A program made the translations under genes and the position numbers. Of a DNA stretch of 40,048 nucleotides, positions 1 to 8,905 are shown one piece after another; the first letter of the stretch is position 1, and each line of letters opens with the position of its first letter. Below the pieces are notes generated by a model that saw only the letters and a program-made list of their open reading frames with translations, was not told the DNA's origin and made no database searches. Source of the stretch: Trichomonas gallinae (taxonomy: Eukaryota); assembly GCA_008369845.1 (NCBI GenBank), contig MRSU01003882.1, forward strand, positions 1 to 40,048. Direction: 5' to 3'.

Positions 1-214
1 AATATAGAATGAGCACATAGTGACCATTAAAATGCTAGATTCCCATCAAAAAAATCCCGGTGGAGTTTTCTTGGGCTCTAGTGTAGCGTCGAACCTGACA
101 CGTTTTATAAGCAGGTGCCATTTTTGACAATTTTAAAAAATCTGCCGGACTACCTTTAAATATCATTGGTGTTATATTTTGTCGACTTTTTGTTCTAAAA
201 TGTCACTTTTGAAT

Positions 215-300
215 GACCGTTTTAAATTACCGACACTTTTCATGAAATGTAATAAAAGTGACAATATTTTTTGTACGTTTTTTAATTCGGAAAACCGTTT
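215..300 (+). promoter_or_regulatory. Myb-recognition (M3-like) core promoter elements upstream of WDR92
   Basis: GACCGTTT at 215-222 and AACCGTTT at 293-300 match the Trichomonas M3 consensus as I recall it (DRCSGTTD). AAAAGTGAC lies at 254-262. Confidence 0.4.
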
Positions 301-325
301 TTGTGACCACTTATAGTATTTTCTC

Positions 326-1360
326 ATGACGGACAAGAAGACTGGCTTGTCTAAGACTCACATAGTTGAGTTACACTCCGAAAACATGCCATACACGGTG
401 TACGACACTCGCTGGGTCCCTTCTTCAAGGAGATTTGTTGTTTGCGGATCTCGTCCGCGTGCAACAGGTGCTCTTCAAGTTTACAAAATGCAAACACAAG
501 AAAAAGACTTCTTAATGAAGTTACAAGACATTGAGACAGAAAATGCGATTCGCTGCGCTACATTTGCTTCATCAGATCCAATTCAGAGACATGTTGCCGT
601 TGGTGACTTCAAAGGCAACATTATGACATACGACCTCAACGTAGACAAGAAAACACCAGTTTTCTCTCACAATGTTCATAAAGATATAATTAATTGCATC
701 GATGGAGGCGCTGCACCAGGTCCATGCGAGCTTGTTACTGGTTCCAGAGACGGTCGCGTCTGCATTGTCGACATTCGCGCAGAAGATCCAGTTGTTGCAT
801 CTCTCGAGCCAGAAGGAGACCACAGAGACTGCTGGACAGTATCTATGGGTGGCACAAATGGTCCATCTGAGCGTTCCGTCATCTGCGGTTACGATAATGG
901 CGACTTAAAGTTATGGGATCTGAAATCAAACCAAGTTGTATGGGAAACAAACCTTCGTAACGGTGTAGCTTCACTCCAGTTCTCAGACAGAATCGGCCCG
1001 CTTAAGCGCGTCACTGCTGGATGCTTAACTGGCCAATTAGTTACATTCGACCTCACAGACAAGCCAACCGACAAGGGATACAGATCTAATGTCCTCAAGA
1101 TTAAAGATTCCGCCACAATTTGGGTAATTCAACATTGCCCACAAAAACGTGACATTATTGCGACAACAGGTGGCAGTGGTGAGCTATTAGTATGGAGAAA
1201 GAGCAAGAAAGATATCCAATACGAGAAGATTTCATCAACCCAATTATCTACACAGCCAATCTGCTCATTTGACTGGCATCCAGATAAGGAAGGCTTAGCT
1301 GTTATGGGTGCTTTCGACCAAACTGTTCGTGTTGCACTTGTTACTCACCTTCAGAAATAA
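326..1360 (+). CDS. WDR92: WD40-repeat protein WDR92/DNAAF10 (dynein assembly factor) homolog
   Basis: 344-aa ORF with family-typical segments: YTVYDTRWVPSSRRFVVCGSRPRATG, DIINCIDG, ELVTGSRDG, RDCWTV, GYDNGDLKLWDL, FDWHPDKEGLAVMGAFDQTVRV. Confidence 0.9.
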   Translation: MTDKKTGLSKTHIVELHSENMPYTVYDTRWVPSSRRFVVCGSRPRATGALQVYKMQTQEKDFLMKLQDIETENAIRCATFASSDPIQRHVAVGDFKGNIMTYDLNVDKKTPVFSHNVHKDIINCIDGGAAPGPCELVTGSRDGRVCIVDIRAEDPVVASLEPEGDHRDCWTVSMGGTNGPSERSVICGYDNGDLKLWDLKSNQVVWETNLRNGVASLQFSDRIGPLKRVTAGCLTGQLVTFDLTDKPTDKGYRSNVLKIKDSATIWVIQHCPQKRDIIATTGGSGELLVWRKSKKDIQYEKISSTQLSTQPICSFDWHPDKEGLAVMGAFDQTVRVALVTHLQK

Positions 1361-1714
1361 TTTTGTTATAATATTCATAAATTATTAATATTAAATATTA
1401 CTGTATTGAAAAACAACCTGTTTATCTCATTCATAACTTCTTTTTCAAACAAATAACAATTCAAGCTATTGCTAGCTGTGTAGCCTAGAAAAGTGGATAA
1501 AACGTAATATTTAGGAAATGTGAAACGTCTTGTTAATATTTACTGGACCTACAAGCTAAGAACATAAGAATTGTATCTTGATCGACTGTAGCTGATTTAA
1601 ATTTAGTAAAAATCAGAATTGTTGAGATGATTTGTAAATATAAACGAACTTTGATTCTTTATATTCTCTAAATATATACAAAACAAACAAAATTTATATA
1701 AAAAAATATTATAA

Positions 1715-4483
1715 TTAAAGATGTAACTCTGAAACTGTCGGCAGGAATGGCTTGAGGGCCTGTCTTGACGGATTCCAGCCCTTTGGCAAAACTTTAGAAG
1801 GCCTCGAATTCGTCACTTTTGGTATGATAATATTTTTCGGAGTTTTGTTGTCCACCGCTGAGACAGACTGAGCAGTAGATGGCACAGAGCTGACAGGGAA
1901 GCCACCACCGATGAATTTAGCTGTATTTGGAGATAACTCCTCTGTCTTTGATTGTGCAGAAGCCCTGATTTTGTTGACTTTCTTCTTTTCGTAGAAATAT
2001 GATGATTTTGTAGAATTAAGTTCTCCTCTTAATTCTTCGACGCTTTTCTTGAGTTCTTCCATGTTTTGTCCTCTTGAAGCCAGCTCCGTTTGTATCTCGT
2101 TCAGCTGCTTAGTTTTCGCTTCTAGCTGTTCTTCTAATTCCTTTATTTCTTCCTCGCCGTCGTCTTGTGTTTGTGAGCCGACTTTTCTCATCTCTCTTTC
2201 TAATAATTTCTTTTTGTCTTCTCTCACAGCCTTGAGCTTGCTGATCCGATATAGACGCTCCATGAGTTTATTCCTAAGCTCCTGGGTCATCTTGAGCAAG
2301 TTAAGAAGCTCCGGATTGGAAGCCTCCAAAAATCTCCAGCGGTGGATGTTCATAGGTGTCTCGAGTTCATCTTCTAAAGCTCTGACTCTTCCCTGCTGGA
2401 ATAAGATGCCTTTCTCGAGGTTGCGGCACTCTGTGCGGAGGTAGTTAGAGTGCTTGGACCTATCCATTAAGTCCGCTTTCTTGTTGACTTCGTTTTTCAG
2501 CTCTTTCTTTAAATATTCGACTTGGCGACATTTTTGAGCATATGTTGCGGCCTCTGCTTTCAGTCTACCTTCAATCAAAACTATTTTCTCTTTGAGGAGG
2601 TCTAAAGAGTAAATTCTGTCGTGGACTTGTTTCTCTAATAGGTTGTATTGGGTTTTAGATTCTTGATTTACACATTTGAGTTTGAAAATGTCTTTTTCTG
2701 CGACATCAAGTAAATATCTTGATCTCATATTGGTATTTAACAGTGTAGTTGATTCTAATTGCAGCTGTCTAATATCATCATTCATTTTTTCAATATCACG
2801 CTTTAATTGTTGGCTCTGCTCGCCATATTCCATGCGCTGAATATGGCTAGTTATGCATTGCTCGTCTTTTTCCTTGATTGTTTTTTTCGAATCTGCAATA
2901 TCGCGTTCAACGAGTGAATATTCACTGGAAGCTGTCGAACTCGACTGATTGAGTTCTTCTACTTGTCTTCTGATGACGTTTCTCTGCTGTATCAGTTGAT
3001 CATTCGTTGCAACTTGTTTTTGTATTTGATCATTGATTCCGTTGATAACCAAAAGGTTTTCTTGAGCAACTTTATTGTTTGACTCAGCAATTTGCTTGAT
3101 TTGTTCAGTGTTTGAGTTAGTTGTTGTTGCTTCAACAATTAAATCTTCGATTTCTATCTTTAAACTGTTGATTATTCTATCCATCTTTAAAATATCTGTC
3201 TTTTGGCCAAGCATGTCATTATAAACTGCTTCAATTTTCATAGATATGTCTTCAACTTTTTGTTTTTCTTGGGCAACATCACCTCTTACAACGATAATCT
3301 GCATCTGGCTGACGTCAATATCATTCTGGCGCATTATATTTTGGCTATCTGTAGCTAGAAGTTGATGTCTTTTAATATATAACTCTTTTCTTTTCGCATC
3401 GAGCTCGTTTTTTGTCTGTAGGTATAACTGCTGGATGCTCTTTCTAAATTTGAGCAAGTCTTGGTACTCTTGGTTTGTATTTTTATAAGTTTCTTCTAAA
3501 ACTTTTATTTCTTTCTTTAAATCATCATACATTGGCTGCGATTCTTTGTCTCTTTCCTCACGCTTTTGTACCATCTCTACGAGTTTATCTTGTTCATCCA
3601 ATCTCTTGTTTAACAAGCTGCGAACGAGATTTAATGAATCAATTTGATTCTGTTTGGAATCATTAACTAATTTTAGTTCCTTTCTAACTTTTACGAGGTC
3701 ATCTGATAGTTTCATTAAGCTGCTTTTCTCTTGGCCTTTGTTTTCACGATTTTTTGTAATATTTTCTCGATTATCGACAATTCTATCTTTTACGTCTTTC
3801 TGTTGTTGCATTATGTTGATGATCTCTTTCTCGATGCCTATATTTTCTGTTGATGCCGATTCGATATTTTTTTCTAAATTTGATTTTTCGTCTTTAAGCT
3901 TAAAAAGCTCTGATTCATATGCTGCCTTTTCCTTGGCGAGTGTTTCTAAATCACCATTTAATTGTTTTAGCATAGAATCTTGAACTTTTATTTCCATTTT
4001 AAGAGCATTGATGTCTGTGTGTAAAGCATCGAGCGAAACATCTTCCTGGAACGCAAGTGCTCCGTTCTGTTCGACGATTTTGCTAAGTCTCGTTGATTCT
4101 GATTTTAATTCATCGATAACATCTCGACTTTTTTGCTCTCTTTCCTGCGACATTTCTACCATTTTCCATGCTTTCTCGAATTCGAATTTCAAACTCGCAA
4201 TTGTCCTTTGATCATCCTCAGATAATTTTAAAACTGAGTTAATTTTCGTAGCATTTGCAAGAATTTCTGAGTTTAACTCGCGACATTTCTGTACAAGAAG
4301 CTCATTGTTCTTTTGTGAGTTCACGAAAGCGTTGTAAATTGCTTCATATTGTCCACGGAAGCCATCGAACGCGTGATCGCTAATTAGGCCAGCAATAGTG
4401 ACTTGGAAGTTCTTCTCCAGGTCTTCCAGCTGAATTGACTGGTCATCATCAATGCCGTCCTTCAGTTTTTCATCTTCCGTCAT
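1715..4483 (-). CDS. CFAP58: Cilia/flagella-associated coiled-coil protein, CFAP58-like
   Basis: Long coiled coil containing LVQKCRELNSEILANATKINSVLKLSEDDQRTIASLKFEFEKAWKMVE and RALEDELETPMNIHRWRFLEASNP, which are CFAP58-type motifs. The start is placed at ATG 4483 (MTEDEK), just after TCATCAA. The ORF-track start at 4543 lies inside a promoter repeat. Confidence 0.85.
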   Translation of the reverse strand: MTEDEKLKDGIDDDQSIQLEDLEKNFQVTIAGLISDHAFDGFRGQYEAIYNAFVNSQKNNELLVQKCRELNSEILANATKINSVLKLSEDDQRTIASLKFEFEKAWKMVEMSQEREQKSRDVIDELKSESTRLSKIVEQNGALAFQEDVSLDALHTDINALKMEIKVQDSMLKQLNGDLETLAKEKAAYESELFKLKDEKSNLEKNIESASTENIGIEKEIINIMQQQKDVKDRIVDNRENITKNRENKGQEKSSLMKLSDDLVKVRKELKLVNDSKQNQIDSLNLVRSLLNKRLDEQDKLVEMVQKREERDKESQPMYDDLKKEIKVLEETYKNTNQEYQDLLKFRKSIQQLYLQTKNELDAKRKELYIKRHQLLATDSQNIMRQNDIDVSQMQIIVVRGDVAQEKQKVEDISMKIEAVYNDMLGQKTDILKMDRIINSLKIEIEDLIVEATTTNSNTEQIKQIAESNNKVAQENLLVINGINDQIQKQVATNDQLIQQRNVIRRQVEELNQSSSTASSEYSLVERDIADSKKTIKEKDEQCITSHIQRMEYGEQSQQLKRDIEKMNDDIRQLQLESTTLLNTNMRSRYLLDVAEKDIFKLKCVNQESKTQYNLLEKQVHDRIYSLDLLKEKIVLIEGRLKAEAATYAQKCRQVEYLKKELKNEVNKKADLMDRSKHSNYLRTECRNLEKGILFQQGRVRALEDELETPMNIHRWRFLEASNPELLNLLKMTQELRNKLMERLYRISKLKAVREDKKKLLEREMRKVGSQTQDDGEEEIKELEEQLEAKTKQLNEIQTELASRGQNMEELKKSVEELRGELNSTKSSYFYEKKKVNKIRASAQSKTEELSPNTAKFIGGGFPVSSVPSTAQSVSAVDNKTPKNIIIPKVTNSRPSKVLPKGWNPSRQALKPFLPTVSELHL

Positions 4484-4529
4484 TTGATGATAAAAAAACG
4501 TGTTTTTTGACAAATAAAATTTTGTCATT

Positions 4530-4672
4530 TGATTTTTTGTCATGTAAATATTGACAATTCAATTTTTTGTTATTTGACGTTTACAATAATTTTTGTCATG
4601 TAAATATTATTAGTTCAATTTTTGACGTTTGATGTTTACATTATTTTTTGTCATGTAAACATATGCAATTCA
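4530..4672. repeat. About 55-bp tandem repeat (2.5-3 copies), each copy carrying TGTCATGTAAA
   Basis: TGTCATGTAAA at 4538, 4594 and 4649 (spacing 56 and 55), with shared flanks TTCAATTTTT and GTTTACA. Confidence 0.85.
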
Positions 4673-5092
4673 AAAATGATGTGTTTGGATTTCTTGTTTA
4701 TGATATTTATAGCATTTTTCACAGTGGAGTTATATAGTTTATCGGTTTGATAACAAATATTTTAGTGTGAAACATAACTATCTCAATGAAATATCGTATG
4801 AAAAATCACAATATAATTTTTTAAATGCGATGAGATATAGTAAATATATTATTTTATCCTATTGAATTGTTTAAATTCGTTTGTTCATGAGCTAGATAAT
4901 TTTTTTGAATTTTAAAATTTTTATTCTTTTGAAATATAAATATCTCTCAAGTGAATACATATAATGTTCAATTTCATTATACATATAATCGATTTAAAGA
5001 GATAAGTATATCTTATTTCATTAATTATTATGTGTTTCGAGATTAAAATACATGGTAATTTATTTAATAAATAAACAATGATAATATAAGGG

Positions 5093-6763
5093 TTATGCTT
5101 CGTAAAAATCGTGTTTCTTCTTGGATATCGACCAAATGCGCCACTTCTTGATAACTTTAGGATAAAATGCTAAATGTATTATGTAAATTATAGAAATGGT
5201 TATAACAATTATCACTCCTTCTGGCGTGTTATTGTTGCTAATGAAAGTTATCGATGGAATTCTTCTTGAATAAATTGATATTGATTGAATCTGTTTTGTT
5301 TTTGCTTTAATATGTTGAAAAACTGGCTGACATCTACCAAGACATTTAAAATAAGCATTTTCAAGATCAACTTCGACGTTTTCACCACAAAAAACAGCAT
5401 TTTCATATGAATCATCAATTCTCACTGAATTAATCGTCAATGAAGTGTTTCCTGCTGCATATATAAATGTGAAGTGTCCATTATTGAATTTCGATTCAGT
5501 TCTCTTGATAAAAACGTTCTGGGAATTTTCAATAAAAATTGATGGAGCAAAAGCGGCCGAATTATGCTTAAATGTACACATATCAGTTGAAAGAGAAGAA
5601 TTGCTTATAAAAGCAACAGCTGCTGCTTCTGTTGCCGAACAGAAATAAGCAGAAACATCAATCATAGAAATTGTTGAGTAATTCTTGGCTAAAACTGCAG
5701 ATCCATGTTTGGCTGATGAACGAATAAACTTACATGTATCTAAGGTTAGTGATGAGTTTGTTGAATCAATTGTATTGTTTTCCGTGCAATTTTCAAAATT
5801 ACACTTTGATAGAGAACCTATTGATTTGTAAGCAGAAATGATACAATTTGCAATAGAAAAGTTCGATTTTTCTATTGAAAACTTTGAATTATTAAACAAA
5901 GCAAAGATATTATTCTGTTTTTCTACAAATATTTGTGAAAACACGATATTTTTGGTATTTTTGATATCAAATATCGTGGAATAATCATGTGGTCCAAATA
6001 CTTTCGTAAAATTACAATCAGATATTATAATCTCAGAATATGATTGAGAATTAATGAGGCAAATATTTGATTTGTATAAAATTCGATTAAATGTAGTTGA
6101 TTCTATTCTAACATTTCCTGATTGGCCAATAATCAATGGAGATAAGAAGATATTTTTGATAAATTGACAATTTTTAATTATGCAATTGTTACTTTGTGAT
6201 ATTAATATATTGTCAATTGTGGAGTTGATTATACTTGAATCAATAATAGTTAAATTGATATTCTCGAACAATGGATTTGAAATATTTGTAGAAATTGTTG
6301 AATTCTGTATAAATAAATATACATGTGATGTAAACAAGAAGTTATATATGTTATTGATATTTATTGTTGAATTTGCAATTGTTATTTGTATATTTTGATC
6401 AACATCGAAAGAATTGTGAATATTTGAGATATTTAAAGCACAATACTCGAATATTGTGTCTGTGTTGATTGCATTTTGAAAGTCTATTGATGCTATGTCG
6501 ATTGAAAAATTTTTCCATATAATTTTCTTTAGATTGTTAATAGATTTGTTTAAAGATATATCATTTGTATCAAGTTTTTCGCCATTTCCTTTAACAATGA
6601 TTTCGCTGTATTCATTCTTTAAGATTTTTGTTAATTCAATTTTGATTTCCTTAGCATTAGTTATAGAAAATGACTCAGAGTCGCCATTTTTATGTCCAAT
6701 TACATTGATATTTGATGTTTCAAGACAATTCGCTTTGACAGCAAATATCAACGAAATCAACAA
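5093..6763 (-). CDS. Putative surface beta-helix (pectin-lyase/Pmp-like) type I membrane protein; lacks an ATG start
   Basis: 556-codon open frame with a hydrophobic N-terminus, I/N/S-rich repeats (CxFxxN motifs such as CNFENC, CKFIRSSA, CTFKHNSA) and a C-terminal TM segment followed by a basic tail. It begins at TTG. Confidence 0.65.
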   Translation of the reverse strand: MLISLIFAVKANCLETSNINVIGHKNGDSESFSITNAKEIKIELTKILKNEYSEIIVKGNGEKLDTNDISLNKSINNLKKIIWKNFSIDIASIDFQNAINTDTIFEYCALNISNIHNSFDVDQNIQITIANSTININNIYNFLFTSHVYLFIQNSTISTNISNPLFENINLTIIDSSIINSTIDNILISQSNNCIIKNCQFIKNIFLSPLIIGQSGNVRIESTTFNRILYKSNICLINSQSYSEIIISDCNFTKVFGPHDYSTIFDIKNTKNIVFSQIFVEKQNNIFALFNNSKFSIEKSNFSIANCIISAYKSIGSLSKCNFENCTENNTIDSTNSSLTLDTCKFIRSSAKHGSAVLAKNYSTISMIDVSAYFCSATEAAAVAFISNSSLSTDMCTFKHNSAAFAPSIFIENSQNVFIKRTESKFNNGHFTFIYAAGNTSLTINSVRIDDSYENAVFCGENVEVDLENAYFKCLGRCQPVFQHIKAKTKQIQSISIYSRRIPSITFISNNNTPEGVIIVITISIIYIIHLAFYPKVIKKWRIWSISKKKHDFYEA

Positions 6764-6767
6764 AACT

Positions 6768-7042
6768 AAAAGTGACAGGTTTATATTTCATATTTGACAG
6801 AATGCATTTTTTGAAACATATCCTCATAAGGCCTTTGATTTTTATATATATCATTAAAGTGACACTATTTCGAAAAGTGACAAAATTACCAAAAAGTAAT
6901 CAAATTATTATAAAAATGACGAATTTAATCTAAAAGCGATAATAGTCAATAAAAATGACAAAGTTTTCAATAAAAGTGACGAATAATCGTCAAAAGTGTC
7001 ATCATAAATTTTAAAAAGTGACAGAACATTTTTAAAAGTGAC
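6768..7042. promoter_or_regulatory. Array of AAAAGTGAC motifs in a divergent promoter
   Basis: AAA(A)GTGAC at 6768, 6856, 6873, 6972, 7014 and 7034, plus variants AAAAATGAC and AAAAGTGTC, between the surface-protein gene and thioredoxin. Confidence 0.7.
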
Positions 7043-7056
7043 AGCGCAAATTTTTA

Positions 7057-7407
7057 ATGGAGCATCCAGTAAATCTTTCATTATTTAATGGAACATTCGA
7101 TGATCTTAGCGCTGTTGTTTCAGGTGCAAATGGACTTGTCGTTGCTGTATTTGGAGCTCACTGGTGCCCTCCTTGCAAGAGATATGCCGAAATGTTGCCA
7201 AACATCGCTGCTGAATATCCAAAAGTTACTTTTCTTCAAATCAACACAGATGAGTCCGTAGAACTCGTTCAACATTATGCAATTTTCTCTATCCCACATA
7301 CAAAATTCTTAAAGGCTGGACAAGGAAACCAGATCCAGGAGCTCGCCGCCCTCACTGGATTCGACCTTTCTCAGATTAAGACGAAGATACAGCAATTCGG
7401 AAATTAA
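7057..7407 (+). CDS. trx: Thioredoxin
   Basis: 116 aa with a WCPPC active site, FGAHW before it, and the cis-Pro loop SIPHT. The stop codon overlaps TAAA. Confidence 0.92.
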   Translation: MEHPVNLSLFNGTFDDLSAVVSGANGLVVAVFGAHWCPPCKRYAEMLPNIAAEYPKVTFLQINTDESVELVQHYAIFSIPHTKFLKAGQGNQIQELAALTGFDLSQIKTKIQQFGN

Positions 7408-7594
7408 AATTATCTTTATTTTTGTGTGATTTATTCGTTGGATGCATTAACTCCTATCTAAGACTCCATCCAATGGGTAATCTTTTTATAAAGTTTTATT
7501 CATTATTATTAATATTAATTTTTGTCTTTGAAAAGAAATGATTGGTTGAGACATAATAAAGAAAATAGGCTGTTTAACGTAAATAATAAGCAAA

Positions 7595-8323
7595 TTATTG
7601 AGAAACAAGTATAATTGGTTTTTGAACAATAATCTTTGTGTAATTCACAGAGACTTGGCGTTCTTCTGTCTGCGGGACGAAATCATGAGCTGTTTCGAAT
7701 GAGTTCGTGACCTCAATTGCAAGTTTTGGCTTTGGAGAAACATTAAAGTTCAAATTCTGGCGAATTGAGTTTAATGTCTTGCGCAATTTGAGGTTTAGCT
7801 TCTCATAGTCTGATAATTGACGGATAGAATTCCAGTTTACGATCATTCCATGGAATTTGATCTTTGAATTATCAATTTCTTCTGTGTTCTGTGGTTTGTA
7901 CAGAGAAACATCGTTCATTGTTTCCTTGATATGAGCACGAAGATCATCTAATTGCTGATGATAATTATTGATTGTGCTCTGACGTTCCTGGTCCTTCTTA
8001 TTCCTGACATCACTAATCTGAAAGTTCATCTTCTGTCTTTCCAACAAGATCTGTGTCTCAAGCTCGTCACGGAATTCTTTTTCGCGAATTGATGCCAAAT
8101 TCTGCTCATTGCGAATGGCATGTGTTAAGGAACTCTTGTTCTTCTTGAGTTCACTTGCCTTGGCCTCGTACTTAAGGTTTTCTTCTTTCATGTTCATAAT
8201 TTCTTGCTTGTTAAGCTCATGCTCTTTTCTAAGCAATGCTCTTTTGGTGGATTCTTGGTCCTTGAAGTGTGGGGACTTGATTGGTGTCCTCATTGGAGAC
8301 TTAGCTGTTGTTTCTGTGCTCAT
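7595..8323 (-). CDS. Hypothetical coiled-coil protein
   Basis: 242-aa charged helical ORF. TCATT initiator lies a few nt upstream of the ATG. Confidence 0.8.
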   Translation of the reverse strand: MSTETTAKSPMRTPIKSPHFKDQESTKRALLRKEHELNKQEIMNMKEENLKYEAKASELKKNKSSLTHAIRNEQNLASIREKEFRDELETQILLERQKMNFQISDVRNKKDQERQSTINNYHQQLDDLRAHIKETMNDVSLYKPQNTEEIDNSKIKFHGMIVNWNSIRQLSDYEKLNLKLRKTLNSIRQNLNFNVSPKPKLAIEVTNSFETAHDFVPQTEERQVSVNYTKIIVQKPIILVSQ

Positions 8324-8493
8324 AATAATGATTTAATAAAAATATGTACGTTTAGCAATTTTCGAAAATTCTTTTTTGTTTGGATAAATCACTGTATTTT
8401 CCTGTATACATCTAAATTATCAATTAAAATCGAATTTATATTTTTCTTTAACGTACATATTTGTCAAAAATCATATTTTACATGTCAAATATC

Positions 8494-8572
8494 GAACAAT
8501 AATCTTTGTGTAATTCACAGAGACTTGGCGTTCTTCTGTCTGTGGGGCGAAATCATGTACAGCTTCAAATGA
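8494..8572 (-). repeat. Diverged copy of the 3' coding end (7624-7702) of the 242-aa gene
   Basis: 8494-8542 is identical to 7624-7672 (49 bp). Similarity continues with mismatches to about 8572/7702. Confidence 0.9.
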
Positions 8573-8642
8573 TGATTTTATTTGGAGATTTTTTTTTTAT
8601 TTTATTTTTCGCATCCATTTTAGATGTTTCCTGTCTTCATGA

Positions 8643-8786
8643 GCAGGTCATTATGAAATTGTCAAACTCCTTCTCATAGATAATGGAATATATGTCAACA
8701 CCAAAGACAAAAGATTGTTGACAGCTTTGATTATTGCTTTAGAAAAAGGTCATCATGAAATCGTAAAAGTATTGAAACGTTGCTAA
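8643..8786 (+). pseudogene. Ankyrin-repeat gene fragment
   Basis: Translates as AGHYEIVKLLLIDNGIYVNTKDKRLLTALIIALEKGHHEIVKVLKRC*. It is preceded in frame by TGA and has no ATG. Confidence 0.8.
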
Positions 8787-8905
8787 ATCATGGATATCAT
8801 CATTGTTTTGCGAAAGCATGGGCCACCACAGATGTTAGATCGTTAGAAACATATAATAAAACATAAATTTGTGCAAGACGATAAAATAAAGACATTTTTT
8901 ATTAA

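Noticed and set aside
7438..7473. TTGGATG...CATCCAA hairpin in the thioredoxin 3' flank (SECIS- or IRE-like?)
   Set aside because: The stem is only 7 bp, there are no SECIS or IRE consensus features, and the gene has no in-frame UGA.
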